Positions 55,544 through 64,000 of a stretch of 64,000 nt of DNA are shown piece by piece (position 1 is the stretch's first letter; each line of letters starts with the position of its first letter). The position numbers and the translations under genes were made by a program. The stretch comes from Candidatus Woesebacteria bacterium GW2011_GWA1_38_8 (GTDB lineage Bacteria > Patescibacteriota > Microgenomatia > UBA8517): contig LBVJ01000001.1 in NCBI GenBank assembly GCA_000993025.1, forward strand, positions 29,699 through 93,698. Reading direction: 5' to 3'. Below the pieces are notes generated by a model. It was given only the letters and a program-made list of their open reading frames with translations, made no database searches and was not told the origin of the DNA.

Positions 55544-58500
55544 ATGGTGAAATTTGTTCATCTTCATACACATACAGAATATTCGCTTCTTGACGGAATT
55601 TGCAAGATAGACGAATTAATTTCCCATGCTAAACAACTTGGCATGGATGCATTATCTATAACAGATCACGGAGTAATGTACGGAGCAATTGAATTCTATA
55701 AAAAATGTAAAGCCCAATCCGTAAAACCTATTATAGGTATGGAAGGATATATAACAAAAGACCACAAAAAAAAGGATAGAACTTCCAGAACTAATCACGT
55801 CCTGCTTCTGGCAAAAAATGAAGAAGGATATAAAAATTTAATGAAACTGACATCGATATCACACCTTGAAGGCTTTTACTACAAACCGAGAATTGACCAT
55901 CAACTATTAAGAAGATATTCATCAGGTCTTATTTGCGCCACTGCCTGCGGATCCGGAGAAATTCCTCAAACGTTATATGAAGAATCTTACGAAAAAGTTA
56001 AAGATATTGCTGGAATATATACTGATATATTTGGAGACGACTTTTATATTGAAATTCAGGAAAGAGATTATTCTGACGCTATCAGTTCCGCAAAAAACGA
56101 TGAGATAAAAAACATCCTTCTCGAATTGAATAAATTCAAGGAGAAGGTTAATCCGCTCCTTATAAAATTAAGCAGGGATATGGGTATACCGATCATTGCA
56201 ACAAACGATGTTCACTATATCAAGAAAGATGACGCATTTGCTCAGGATGCCGCTGTATGTGTATCAACAGGAAAATTGGTAAGTGATATAAAAAGATTAA
56301 GATATATAGATTTTCCTGACTACTATTTAAAATCTCCGGAAGAAATGCTTGAACTTCACAACCATATACCGGATTCATTAGAAAATACTATTAAAGTTGC
56401 CGATAAGATAGACCTGAATTTATCAACTTTAGGCAAATGGTATTTCCCAAAATTCAACATCCCAAAGAAGATGGATGTTGATATCTACCTGAAAGAAGTA
56501 GTTTATGACAACTTAACAAAAATATTTCCCGATAGCACATCTGAAATGAAAGAGAGGGTTGAATATGAACTTGAGATAATTATTAAAAAGGGTTACTCGA
56601 CATATTTTTTAATAGTTATGGATTTTGTTAAATGGTGCGATGAGAAAGGAATTATAACAAATACGAGAGGGTCCGCCGCCGGATCATTTATCTCTTTTTT
56701 ACTAGGTATAACTAAAGTAAATCCTCTGATATATTATCTTCCATTCGAAAGATTTTTGAACCCATACCGTCCATCACCTCCCGATATCGATCTGGATATT
56801 GCAGATGATAAAAGGGAAGAGCTCATTAAATATATCTCCGAGAAATATGGTTATGATAAAGTAGCTCAGCTTTGTACGTTCGGAAGAATGCTCTCCAGGC
56901 AGTCTGTGAGAGACGTGGCAAGAGTTTTGGGATATCAGTATATAGTAGGTGACAATATCGCAAAATCAATTCCACCCCCTAAACAGGGGTTTCCTATCAC
57001 AATTCCTAAAGCCCTCGGAACAGTAGAAGAGTTTAAAAAGCTTTATGATTCCGATAAAGATTCAAAACTAATTATCGATTTAGCCAAACAGATCGAAGGC
57101 AATGCAAGACATATTTCTGTTCATGCTGCGGGTATAGTAATTTCACCTTCGGTGATCACAGATTTTACTCCGATCCAAAAAGAACCATCCGGAGAAAAAA
57201 TTATTACTCAATACGAAATGCACGCGGCTGAAGATGTAGGTCTTATCAAATTTGATATTTTGGGAATAAGAAATCTATCAATCTTGGGTGAAGCAATTAA
57301 TATTGTTGAAGCAACAAGAAATATCAGAATTGATATCCGAAACATCCCTCTGGATGATAGTAAAACGTTTGAAATGCTTGGCCAGGGCAATACAATGGGA
57401 GTATTCCAATTAAGCAGTGGCGGAATGACTAAATATTTGATCGATCTGAAACCTCAGAGGGTTGAAGACCTGATGGCGATGGTAGCCTTATACAGACCTG
57501 GACCGATTGCAGTTATTCCTGAGTATATAAAGCGTAAACAGAATTCCCATTTAATTAAATACCCCGACCCAAGAATGGAAAAATTTCTAAAAGCCTCATA
57601 CGGATTGATCGTTTATCAAGACGATCTTCTTTTTTCAGCTATAGACCTTGCGGGTTATACATGGGAAGAAGCTGATAAATTCCGAAAGGCAGTAGGAAAA
57701 AAGATACCTGAGGAAATGGCTGCCCAGAAAGAAAAATTTATTAAAGGAATAGTTGATAACGGGCAGACAAAAGATTTTGCAGACAAGCTTTGGAAATTAT
57801 TCGAACCGTTTCAATCATACGGTTTTAACAAATCTCACGCCGCTTCATATGGTATGGTGGCTTATCAAACTGCATATATGAAAGCCAATTACCCTGTGGA
57901 ATTTATGTGCGCGCTGCTTTCAGCCGAAAGCAAGGATAAAATTAAGGTGTCACAAGCTGTCCATGAATGTAAAAGGCTGGGAATAGTAGTATTACCTCCG
58001 GATATAAATGAAAGCGGCACCGGTTTTTCGATCGTTAAAGTTAACAACTCGATCGATAACATGGCTATCCGGTTCGGTCTTGATGCAATAAAAAATGTCG
58101 GAGCTGCTGCAATCGATAACATTGTTTCAGAGAGAAACGAAAATCATTTTAAGAACTTTTATGATTTTTTAACAAGGATCGATAATAGAAAAGTAAACAA
58201 AAAAGTGCTGGAAAGTCTTATAAAAGTTGGGGCTCTTTCTTCTTTTGGAAAAAGATCACTACTTTTGAAAAACCTTGATGATATTAGAAATAAATTAAAT
58301 ATACATAGGGCACAAAAAAATCAGCCTGCTTTGTTTGCACAAGACCCTAAGGATATGAACAGCATCGATTTTGACCTGAACGACAGTCCGGAGTTTACCG
58401 AAGAAGAAATTCAAGTGTATGAAAAAGAACTTTTAGGTTTTTCAATGTCCGGTAAATCAATATCAGAGTTAATATCGGGTTGCGGATATTTTATAACACA

Positions 58501-58987
58501 CAAGATAGTTGATCTTAATAGTGAAACCGACACATCGGTTGAAATAAACTTGGCTGGTGTTATTAACGAGCTTCGTGTAATCATTACAAAAAAATCCGGT
58601 AGAGAAATGGCTTTTTTGAAACTTGAGGATGATACCGGGACTTTGGATGTTGTAATCTTTCCAAATGTTTATGATAAATATAAATCACATTTAACTGAAA
58701 ATAAACCTATAATGATAAATGGAAAAGTCGACGAAAGATCAGAAAATGTGTCTTTTATCGCAAACGACATTTCAATCAACGACCCAGGCGTTATAACAAT
58801 CCGCATATCCAAAAATACAAAGGTAGAAAAACTGAAAAAACTTAAGGAATATCTTATTAATATACCGGGAGATCACCCGCTGTGTCTTTATTTTGAAAAT
58901 ACTCAAATGAAAAAGACAATCCCACTAAAAATTAGTTGGGATGATGATATATCCAAAAATATTTATAATATCCTTGATCAAAATTGA
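55544..58987 (+). CDS. dnaE: DNA polymerase III alpha subunit
   Basis: N-terminal PHP domain FVHLHTHTEYSLLDG; palm/fingers motifs (GRMLSRQSVRDVARVLG, FDILGIRNLSIL, YGFNKSHAASYGMVAYQTAYMKANYP); C-terminal OB fold; 1147 aa. Confidence 0.95.
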   Translation: MVKFVHLHTHTEYSLLDGICKIDELISHAKQLGMDALSITDHGVMYGAIEFYKKCKAQSVKPIIGMEGYITKDHKKKDRTSRTNHVLLLAKNEEGYKNLMKLTSISHLEGFYYKPRIDHQLLRRYSSGLICATACGSGEIPQTLYEESYEKVKDIAGIYTDIFGDDFYIEIQERDYSDAISSAKNDEIKNILLELNKFKEKVNPLLIKLSRDMGIPIIATNDVHYIKKDDAFAQDAAVCVSTGKLVSDIKRLRYIDFPDYYLKSPEEMLELHNHIPDSLENTIKVADKIDLNLSTLGKWYFPKFNIPKKMDVDIYLKEVVYDNLTKIFPDSTSEMKERVEYELEIIIKKGYSTYFLIVMDFVKWCDEKGIITNTRGSAAGSFISFLLGITKVNPLIYYLPFERFLNPYRPSPPDIDLDIADDKREELIKYISEKYGYDKVAQLCTFGRMLSRQSVRDVARVLGYQYIVGDNIAKSIPPPKQGFPITIPKALGTVEEFKKLYDSDKDSKLIIDLAKQIEGNARHISVHAAGIVISPSVITDFTPIQKEPSGEKIITQYEMHAAEDVGLIKFDILGIRNLSILGEAINIVEATRNIRIDIRNIPLDDSKTFEMLGQGNTMGVFQLSSGGMTKYLIDLKPQRVEDLMAMVALYRPGPIAVIPEYIKRKQNSHLIKYPDPRMEKFLKASYGLIVYQDDLLFSAIDLAGYTWEEADKFRKAVGKKIPEEMAAQKEKFIKGIVDNGQTKDFADKLWKLFEPFQSYGFNKSHAASYGMVAYQTAYMKANYPVEFMCALLSAESKDKIKVSQAVHECKRLGIVVLPPDINESGTGFSIVKVNNSIDNMAIRFGLDAIKNVGAAAIDNIVSERNENHFKNFYDFLTRIDNRKVNKKVLESLIKVGALSSFGKRSLLLKNLDDIRNKLNIHRAQKNQPALFAQDPKDMNSIDFDLNDSPEFTEEEIQVYEKELLGFSMSGKSISELISGCGYFITHKIVDLNSETDTSVEINLAGVINELRVIITKKSGREMAFLKLEDDTGTLDVVIFPNVYDKYKSHLTENKPIMINGKVDERSENVSFIANDISINDPGVITIRISKNTKVEKLKKLKEYLINIPGDHPLCLYFENTQMKKTIPLKISWDDDISKNIYNILDQN

Positions 58988-59029
58988 TGTCCTTGATAAA
59001 GTGAGGCTATATAAATTATAATACGAACC

Positions 59030-59404
59030 ATGACAAATACATTTTCATTTAATGACGTATCCATTGGGGTCGGCGACAAGGTTAAGATCACCACTAAAAC
59101 AGTAGAAAGCGGAAAAGCCAGGAAGCAAATATTTATTGGAACAATAATTAAGATAAAAGGAGACAGGGAAAGTAAAAGTATTACGGTCAGAAGAATTGGC
59201 GCAAATCTGATCGGTATTGAAAGGATGTTTCCCGTAAATCACAATATAATTGAGGATATAAGTGTTACAAAAGAAGGTCTTCGGGGATCCAAAAAAGCCA
59301 AACTTTATTATATTAGAGATAAGTCTAAAAAAGATATTGAGAGAATATATTCGAGAAATATCCGGAAAGACAGTAAAATAAAGACATCGGGAACCAAAAA
59401 ATAG
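59030..59404 (+). CDS. rplS: 50S ribosomal protein bL19
   Basis: GDKVKITTKTVESGKARKQIFIGTIIKIKGDRESKSITVRRIGANLIGIERMFPVNHNIIEDISV aligns with the bL19 consensus (GD.V.V..KV.EG.RER.Q.FEG.VI.....G...TFTVR.I..G.GVER.FP..SP.I..I.V). Confidence 0.85.
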   Translation: MTNTFSFNDVSIGVGDKVKITTKTVESGKARKQIFIGTIIKIKGDRESKSITVRRIGANLIGIERMFPVNHNIIEDISVTKEGLRGSKKAKLYYIRDKSKKDIERIYSRNIRKDSKIKTSGTKK

Positions 59405-59425
59405 TATTACTTAAAAGTACCCAAA

Positions 59426-59782
59426 ATGATCTCATCCGGAACATCAAAGGGTAGGGTAGGTGAACAACTTGCTTCAAAATATTTGATGTGTGCCGGTTTT
59501 AAAATCATTGAGAAGAATTTCCGTTCTTCTTTTGGAGAGCTTGATATTATTGCTATAAAATGCGGGATAATATATTTTTGTGAAGTAAAAACCCGATGGG
59601 GACTGCGGTATGGCTATCCCGAGGAATCTGTAAATGTAAAAAAGCTGAACAAGATAAGGAAGACGATCGATTATTATTTTTATAAAAATAAGATCACCGA
59701 TCAGAAAATAAAAATTATAGTGATTTCTCAGTTAATACAAAATAAAAAACTTATTTATCAAAAAATGATCGGGCTTAATTAA
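59426..59782 (+). CDS. yraN: YraN-family (UPF0102) endonuclease-like protein
   Basis: GEQLASKYLMCAGFKIIEKNFRSSFGELDIIAIKCGIIYFCEVKTR matches the UPF0102 signature (G...A..YL...G..IL..N.R...GEIDLI......L.FVEVK.R). Confidence 0.7.
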   Translation: MISSGTSKGRVGEQLASKYLMCAGFKIIEKNFRSSFGELDIIAIKCGIIYFCEVKTRWGLRYGYPEESVNVKKLNKIRKTIDYYFYKNKITDQKIKIIVISQLIQNKKLIYQKMIGLN

Positions 59783-60566
59783 TATCATTAAAACATAAGA
59801 ACGCACCCGGGGGGATCAATTCATTTATTTCAAAACTGCTATCAATATATGATGAGGCAGTTCCTCCATCAAAATTTATTGCACTTTTTATTTTTATTCC
59901 CTTATTACCTTCCAGATAACTTAGTATGGACAATATTGTTGAAAAATCCGGACCGCTAAAATAATCACTACTGTCATAAACCATTAAAATATAGGGGAAA
60001 TCATTTTCGTCAAGAATAAACACAGTTCTTCTCCCAACCGAGTTGTTTGAACTAAGATCCTGATTTTCAAATTGATAAACCAATAATGGTCCTGTTTGAA
60101 AAATGAATTTACAAAGAGGTTGTTCTTTGTCGCTCATATTGATCGACCAATTATCTGCTCCGCGGTAACAAACAAATGCATTAAATATCTCATTACTCTC
60201 ATAAAATGAACGTGTTTTCCCGTCAATAGCAATAAGTCCAATAGGGCTTCTGTCAGTATTAAAAAAACCGGCGTTGGTTATTGCGTCGCAACTATTTCCT
60301 TTTTTTGCCGCAAGAGTCGATAATTTCTCCTCAAAATTCGTGATCATTTTTGCATCATATCCGTCAAAGTTTTTTAGCCTTATATGGTATTTATCGTATA
60401 AAATAATTCCATCCTCATCCCGATTATCGTCATTTTTGTCTTCATCGCGCAATTTATCTACCGGTGCATTGTAAATCGACGGATTATTTTTATAAAAGCT
60501 TCCGATATTAAACAATACAGAAATGGCAATGATAAATATAGTCGATTTTAATATACCTTTTTTCAT
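59775..60566 (-). CDS. Phosphodiester glycosidase family (DUF2233/NAGPA-like) secreted protein
   Basis: Signal anchor, then NAGFFNTDRSPIGLIAIDGK and INFDGGTASSY motifs characteristic of the phosphodiester glycosidase domain; 263 aa. Confidence 0.55.
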   Translation of the reverse strand: MKKGILKSTIFIIAISVLFNIGSFYKNNPSIYNAPVDKLRDEDKNDDNRDEDGIILYDKYHIRLKNFDGYDAKMITNFEEKLSTLAAKKGNSCDAITNAGFFNTDRSPIGLIAIDGKTRSFYESNEIFNAFVCYRGADNWSINMSDKEQPLCKFIFQTGPLLVYQFENQDLSSNNSVGRRTVFILDENDFPYILMVYDSSDYFSGPDFSTILSILSYLEGNKGIKIKSAINFDGGTASSYIDSSFEINELIPPGAFLCFNDIN

Positions 60567-60623
60567 AACATTGCTAAATGTTTGATACTTGAATTTAGAT
60601 ATTTATAATAATACCATTTAAAA

Positions 60624-60860
60624 ATGGATGAAGAAGTAAATGTGGTAGAAAAGATGTCGGGTGGCAAAATATTTTTGCTTATTTGGTTTCTTTCTATTGC
60701 AGTCATGTATTTTCTCGCCTCACGTCCGGGGAATCCTCTAGTTCTTCCCGGTGATATTTATACCAGAAAGGGAATGAATAAAATATATCTTCCTGTCGGC
60801 AGTTCTTTATATCTGGCAATCATCCTCTATATTTTATTTAAATTTTTCTTTAAAATATAA
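60624..60860 (+). CDS. Small two-TM membrane protein (hypothetical)
   Basis: 78 aa, two hydrophobic helices, no family recognised. Confidence 0.3.
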   Translation: MDEEVNVVEKMSGGKIFLLIWFLSIAVMYFLASRPGNPLVLPGDIYTRKGMNKIYLPVGSSLYLAIILYILFKFFFKI

Positions 60861-60863
60861 TCT

Positions 60864-61532
60864 ATGCCAGAAAAAAAATCCTCAACGGTCAAAAGCAAAA
60901 GTAAGGGTGTTGTAGGGAATAACGCAAAATTGATCACATCCAGCGATCATAAGAATAAAAAGTTTATATATATTCTCTCTCTCAGTTTGATCCTTATCTC
61001 TCTCGTTCTATTTTTAAACAGTGCCTATAAAAGGATATATATCGCAAAAGTAAATGGCCGACCCATTTCAAGGCTTGAGTATATTAAAGAACTTGAAAAA
61101 AATGATAAGGGTGTGGTTCTTGACAATATGATCACCAAGTCTATTATTTTTCAGGAAGCAGATAAGAACGGTATAAAAATAAGCGATGCAGATATTCAGA
61201 CCGAACTTAGTAATATCCGCCTTTCTGTTGAATCTCAGGGGACTACGCTCGAAGAGATCCTTCTTTATCAGGGGATAACTTATGAACAATTGCTGGAAAA
61301 TATTGAAATACAAAAGATACTTGAGATAATTTTAAAAGACAATATTACTGTTACCGATGAAGAGGTCAAGGATAGTTACGAAGAGAATAAAGATATTTAT
61401 GGCAGCGAAAAAACATTTGAAGAATTAGAGGAAAGCATACGTTATCAACTTATACAATCAAAGATCACTGATTCATATAAAACTTGGCTTGATGGAAAAA
61501 AGAGCTCAAGCAACATACAAAAATATCTATAA
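60864..61532 (+). CDS. SurA N-terminal-domain-like periplasmic chaperone (no parvulin PPIase domain recognised)
   Basis: N-terminal TM anchor, then helical domain with the SurA_N-like pattern (ITKSIIFQEADKNGIKISDADIQTEL...). 222 aa, acidic. Confidence 0.4.
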   Translation: MPEKKSSTVKSKSKGVVGNNAKLITSSDHKNKKFIYILSLSLILISLVLFLNSAYKRIYIAKVNGRPISRLEYIKELEKNDKGVVLDNMITKSIIFQEADKNGIKISDADIQTELSNIRLSVESQGTTLEEILLYQGITYEQLLENIEIQKILEIILKDNITVTDEEVKDSYEENKDIYGSEKTFEELEESIRYQLIQSKITDSYKTWLDGKKSSSNIQKYL

Positions 61533-61538
61533 CAAAAA

Positions 61539-61811
61539 ATGACCCCCGACCTCGATAATATTTTTACAATAATTAGAAGCAACCCCATATTTTTGTTGCT
61601 TTATATGGCGTATAACGCTGTCCTAAAAGGACTATCGCTTTGGAGAGCTGCCAAAAATTCTCATAAATATTGGTTCATCGGCCTTCTTGTGGTAAATCTT
61701 TTTGGAATTCCAGAAATATTATATCTCTTATATTTTTCCAAAAAGGGTGGTGTGCAAAGAGAAGTACTCCAAAAAAATATTGTTAAGTCTAAAGTTAAAA
61801 AAGCAAAATGA
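61539..61811 (+). CDS. Small two-TM membrane protein (hypothetical)
   Basis: 90 aa; two TM helices then a basic C-terminal tail. Confidence 0.3.
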   Translation: MTPDLDNIFTIIRSNPIFLLLYMAYNAVLKGLSLWRAAKNSHKYWFIGLLVVNLFGIPEILYLLYFSKKGGVQREVLQKNIVKSKVKKAK

Positions 61812-62308
61812 TAATTTTAGGACTTGATCCGGGTACGGCAACGACTGGGTATGGCTTCATTAAGGTTGAGAAAAACTCTTTTTCAGTTATTAACTATGGC
61901 CTTATAGAAACCAATAAGGATCAAAATCCTGGAAAGAGACTGGTAGAAATATATAAAAAGCTTTCCCTTATTATCAAAAATTACAATCCCGATATTATAT
62001 CGATCGAAAAGATTTTTTTTGCAACGAATGCAAAAACGGCAATCTCTGTCGGTCAGGCTATTGGAATAATGATATATTGTGCTGAAAAACATAAGTTGAA
62101 TATATTTGAATACGCACCCGGAACAGTTAAAAAGCAAATATCCGGCAGTGGAAAATCGGATAAAAAAATGATGCAAACAGCTGTAAGAAAAATATTGGGT
62201 CCCAAGATCAAAAAAAAGAAAGGAAATAAAACACATTTTGATAATTCCGCCGATGCTCTTGCAATTGCCCTTTGCCACGCCGTAGTTACAGGAGTGATTA
62301 AGCTATAA
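61808..62308 (+). CDS. ruvC: Crossover junction endodeoxyribonuclease RuvC
   Basis: IILGLDPGTATTGYGFI (catalytic Asp in DPG), IISIEKIFF (Glu), HFDNSADALAIALCHA (His/Asp) motifs; 166 aa. Confidence 0.9.
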   Translation: MIILGLDPGTATTGYGFIKVEKNSFSVINYGLIETNKDQNPGKRLVEIYKKLSLIIKNYNPDIISIEKIFFATNAKTAISVGQAIGIMIYCAEKHKLNIFEYAPGTVKKQISGSGKSDKKMMQTAVRKILGPKIKKKKGNKTHFDNSADALAIALCHAVVTGVIKL

Positions 62309-62507
62309 TAATAAAACGAATTAATTTATATTATTAATGTTAGATATCTAACAACCGAAAATGGCTTGTTGAAATTAGAAAGTAGTAATAGAAAAATAGA
62401 TATTGGAAAATAGTAGAACAAATCTCAATTTTCTATTTTCAATAACCAATCACGATTTTTTATCAACAAATTTCTGTTTATTATTTATCGATTGGGGGTG
62501 ATAACAT

Positions 62508-62762
62508 ATGACTGATGTAAAGATCGGTAAAGTTACTCACTATTACGAAAAAATACAGGTTGCAATAATTGAACTATCGGCTGACCTTAATGTCGGAGAT
62601 TCAATTAAATTCCAAAGGGGCGGAGAGGATCTTTTTGAGCAGAAAACCGGATCAATGGAGGTTGAACACAGCAGTGTCGATAACGCAAAGGCCGGAGATG
62701 TGGTAGGATTAAAAGTTGATAATGAGGTTAAAGAAGGCGCTGAAGTATATAAGATTAACTAA
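62508..62762 (+). CDS. Small beta-barrel protein resembling translation-factor domain 2 (EF-Tu D2-like), function unknown
   Basis: 84 aa; KIGKVTHYYEKIQVAIIELSADLNVGDSIKF...GDVVGLKVDNEVKEGAEVYK resembles stand-alone GTP_EFTU_D2-like barrels. Confidence 0.4.
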   Translation: MTDVKIGKVTHYYEKIQVAIIELSADLNVGDSIKFQRGGEDLFEQKTGSMEVEHSSVDNAKAGDVVGLKVDNEVKEGAEVYKIN

Positions 62763-63189
62763 AGAAAAAAAGAAAAGAAGAAAGAAAAAAACTTCAAGTG
62801 CTGTTTTGTGGGAAAAAGCTTCAGATGTTGAAAAAGATCTAAAACGACTTATAAATCTCTCAAAACTCCCGTACGACATCAAAAATATTACGAGCTTGCG
62901 GTCATATAATTCTCGTGCACGGGCTTATGCAAGAATTTGGGGTCTTTCAAGAGTCTGGCAGATGTCGTTAAATGTACCCCCTCACTATATAATCGAGATC
63001 CTATCGGAAAAATTCGATGAATTATCAAAAGAAAGAAAAGACGAAGTGCTTCTTCATGAACTGGCTCATATTCCAAGTAACTTTTCAGGAAGTTTGTTAC
63101 CTCATATCAGACGCGGAAAGAGGAATTTTAAGAGTAAGGTGGATAGACTAATAAGAGAGGTTAGGATGAATGACGGGAAACGATATTAG
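62716..63189 (+). CDS. Putative HExxH zinc metallopeptidase (SprT/DUF45/WLM-like)
   Basis: HELAHIP motif preceded by the ARIWGLSRVW segment, typical of SprT/DUF45-like minimal metallopeptidases. Start uncertain: the ATG at 62716 overlaps the previous gene by 47 nt across a polypurine tract. Confidence 0.4.
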   Translation: MIMRLKKALKYIRLTKEKKKRRKKKTSSAVLWEKASDVEKDLKRLINLSKLPYDIKNITSLRSYNSRARAYARIWGLSRVWQMSLNVPPHYIIEILSEKFDELSKERKDEVLLHELAHIPSNFSGSLLPHIRRGKRNFKSKVDRLIREVRMNDGKRY

Positions 63190-63276
63190 GATATTGATAT
63201 ATTAGGAAATTGGGAAATTTATGTATCTTTAATCAAGTTTCTCTATGACAATTTATCAATTTAATTATTTATTAGT

Positions 63277-63954
63277 TTGATAAGTATGAACATTTATTTA
63301 ATTCACGGTGACAACAACCTAGCCTCGTATGACCGTTTGCAGGAATATGTGAATAAAGGGAAAGGAAGAGGTTGGGAAGTGACAGAGATTGAAGATAAAG
63401 AATTAAATACCATTGATATATTACGATCCAATAGTCTTTTCGGAAACAAACGTTTGGTGGTAATAATAAATTATCTATTATTAAATTCTCAAATTATCAA
63501 ATATATTAATACTTCCGATGATGATGTGGAGGTAATTATTTATAACAAAACTCCTATTCCAATTTCATTTATCAAACAACTCACCCGTGTCAAAAATAAT
63601 GAAGTATTTCCCCTCTCAAAATACTTGTGGAAATTCATTGATAGTTTTTATCCCGGAAATGTAAAGAATTGCCTGATATATTTTCACAAATCACTTGAAA
63701 ATGATCCTGTAGAATTAGTTTTTACGATACTTATCGGACAATTAAGGGATATCTTTTTGGCTCTTTATTCGGATGAAATTCTTCCATATCCTCCCTGGCG
63801 CCTGGGAAATATTAAAAGACAAGCCGGTTTTTTTGGAAAAGAAAAGATTAAAATGACTATCGATGAACTGGCAAAAATTGACATAAAAGTAAAAACATCG
63901 AGCGCAGATCTTAAAGATGAGCTTGATTTGTTCATTATGAGGAAGTTAGAATAA
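63277..63954 (+). CDS. holA: DNA polymerase III delta subunit (HolA-like, short)
   Basis: MNIYLIHGDNNL...LRSNSLFGNKRLVVI matches the HolA N-terminal pattern (Y.L.G.D......SLF...KLVVI); 225 aa. Confidence 0.5.
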   Translation: MISMNIYLIHGDNNLASYDRLQEYVNKGKGRGWEVTEIEDKELNTIDILRSNSLFGNKRLVVIINYLLLNSQIIKYINTSDDDVEVIIYNKTPIPISFIKQLTRVKNNEVFPLSKYLWKFIDSFYPGNVKNCLIYFHKSLENDPVELVFTILIGQLRDIFLALYSDEILPYPPWRLGNIKRQAGFFGKEKIKMTIDELAKIDIKVKTSSADLKDELDLFIMRKLE

Positions 63955-64000
63955 ATGACGCAAATGAAAATCGATTCATCAATCTTCAAAGCATATGACA

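Overview
AT-rich bacterial chromosomal segment. The reduced gene set, many tiny membrane proteins and a bL21-bL27 pair without Prp suggest a small-genome Patescibacteria/CPR-like organism, but this is inference only. The left third is a conserved core: a minimal division/cell-wall (dcw) cluster (mraY 3' end, ftsW, murG, ftsQ-like, ftsA, ftsZ), then ileS, a second SEDS (rodA-like) gene, rplU, rpmA, parB, lepB, guaB and a tRNA-Val locus. An accessory block of about 30 kb lies between tRNA-Val (14.1 kb) and tRNA-Thr (44.9 kb). Its first genes are a SAM methyltransferase and a secreted lectin-like/M23 peptidase gene split by an in-frame TGA. From ~16.7 kb it becomes a glycan-biosynthesis island: rmlABCD, galU, about ten glycosyltransferases including several unusual fusions, Wzx flippase, Wzy-like polymerase and methyltransferases. 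A tRNA-rich accessory stretch follows (44.8-48.5 kb: tRNA-Thr, tRNA-Gly, LysM protein, FNR-like reductase, FkbM methyltransferase, tRNA-Asp with decayed tandem repeats and an att-like direct repeat). The right end returns to core genes: polX, lemA, a frameshifted htpX, gatCAB, dnaE, rplS, yraN, ruvC, holA. No rRNA, CRISPR array, transposase or integrase was recognised. Standard genetic code: TGA terminates ileS, parB and others, and long conserved genes are intact. All calls rest on reading the sequence and ORF translations against remembered family signatures; no database search was possible.
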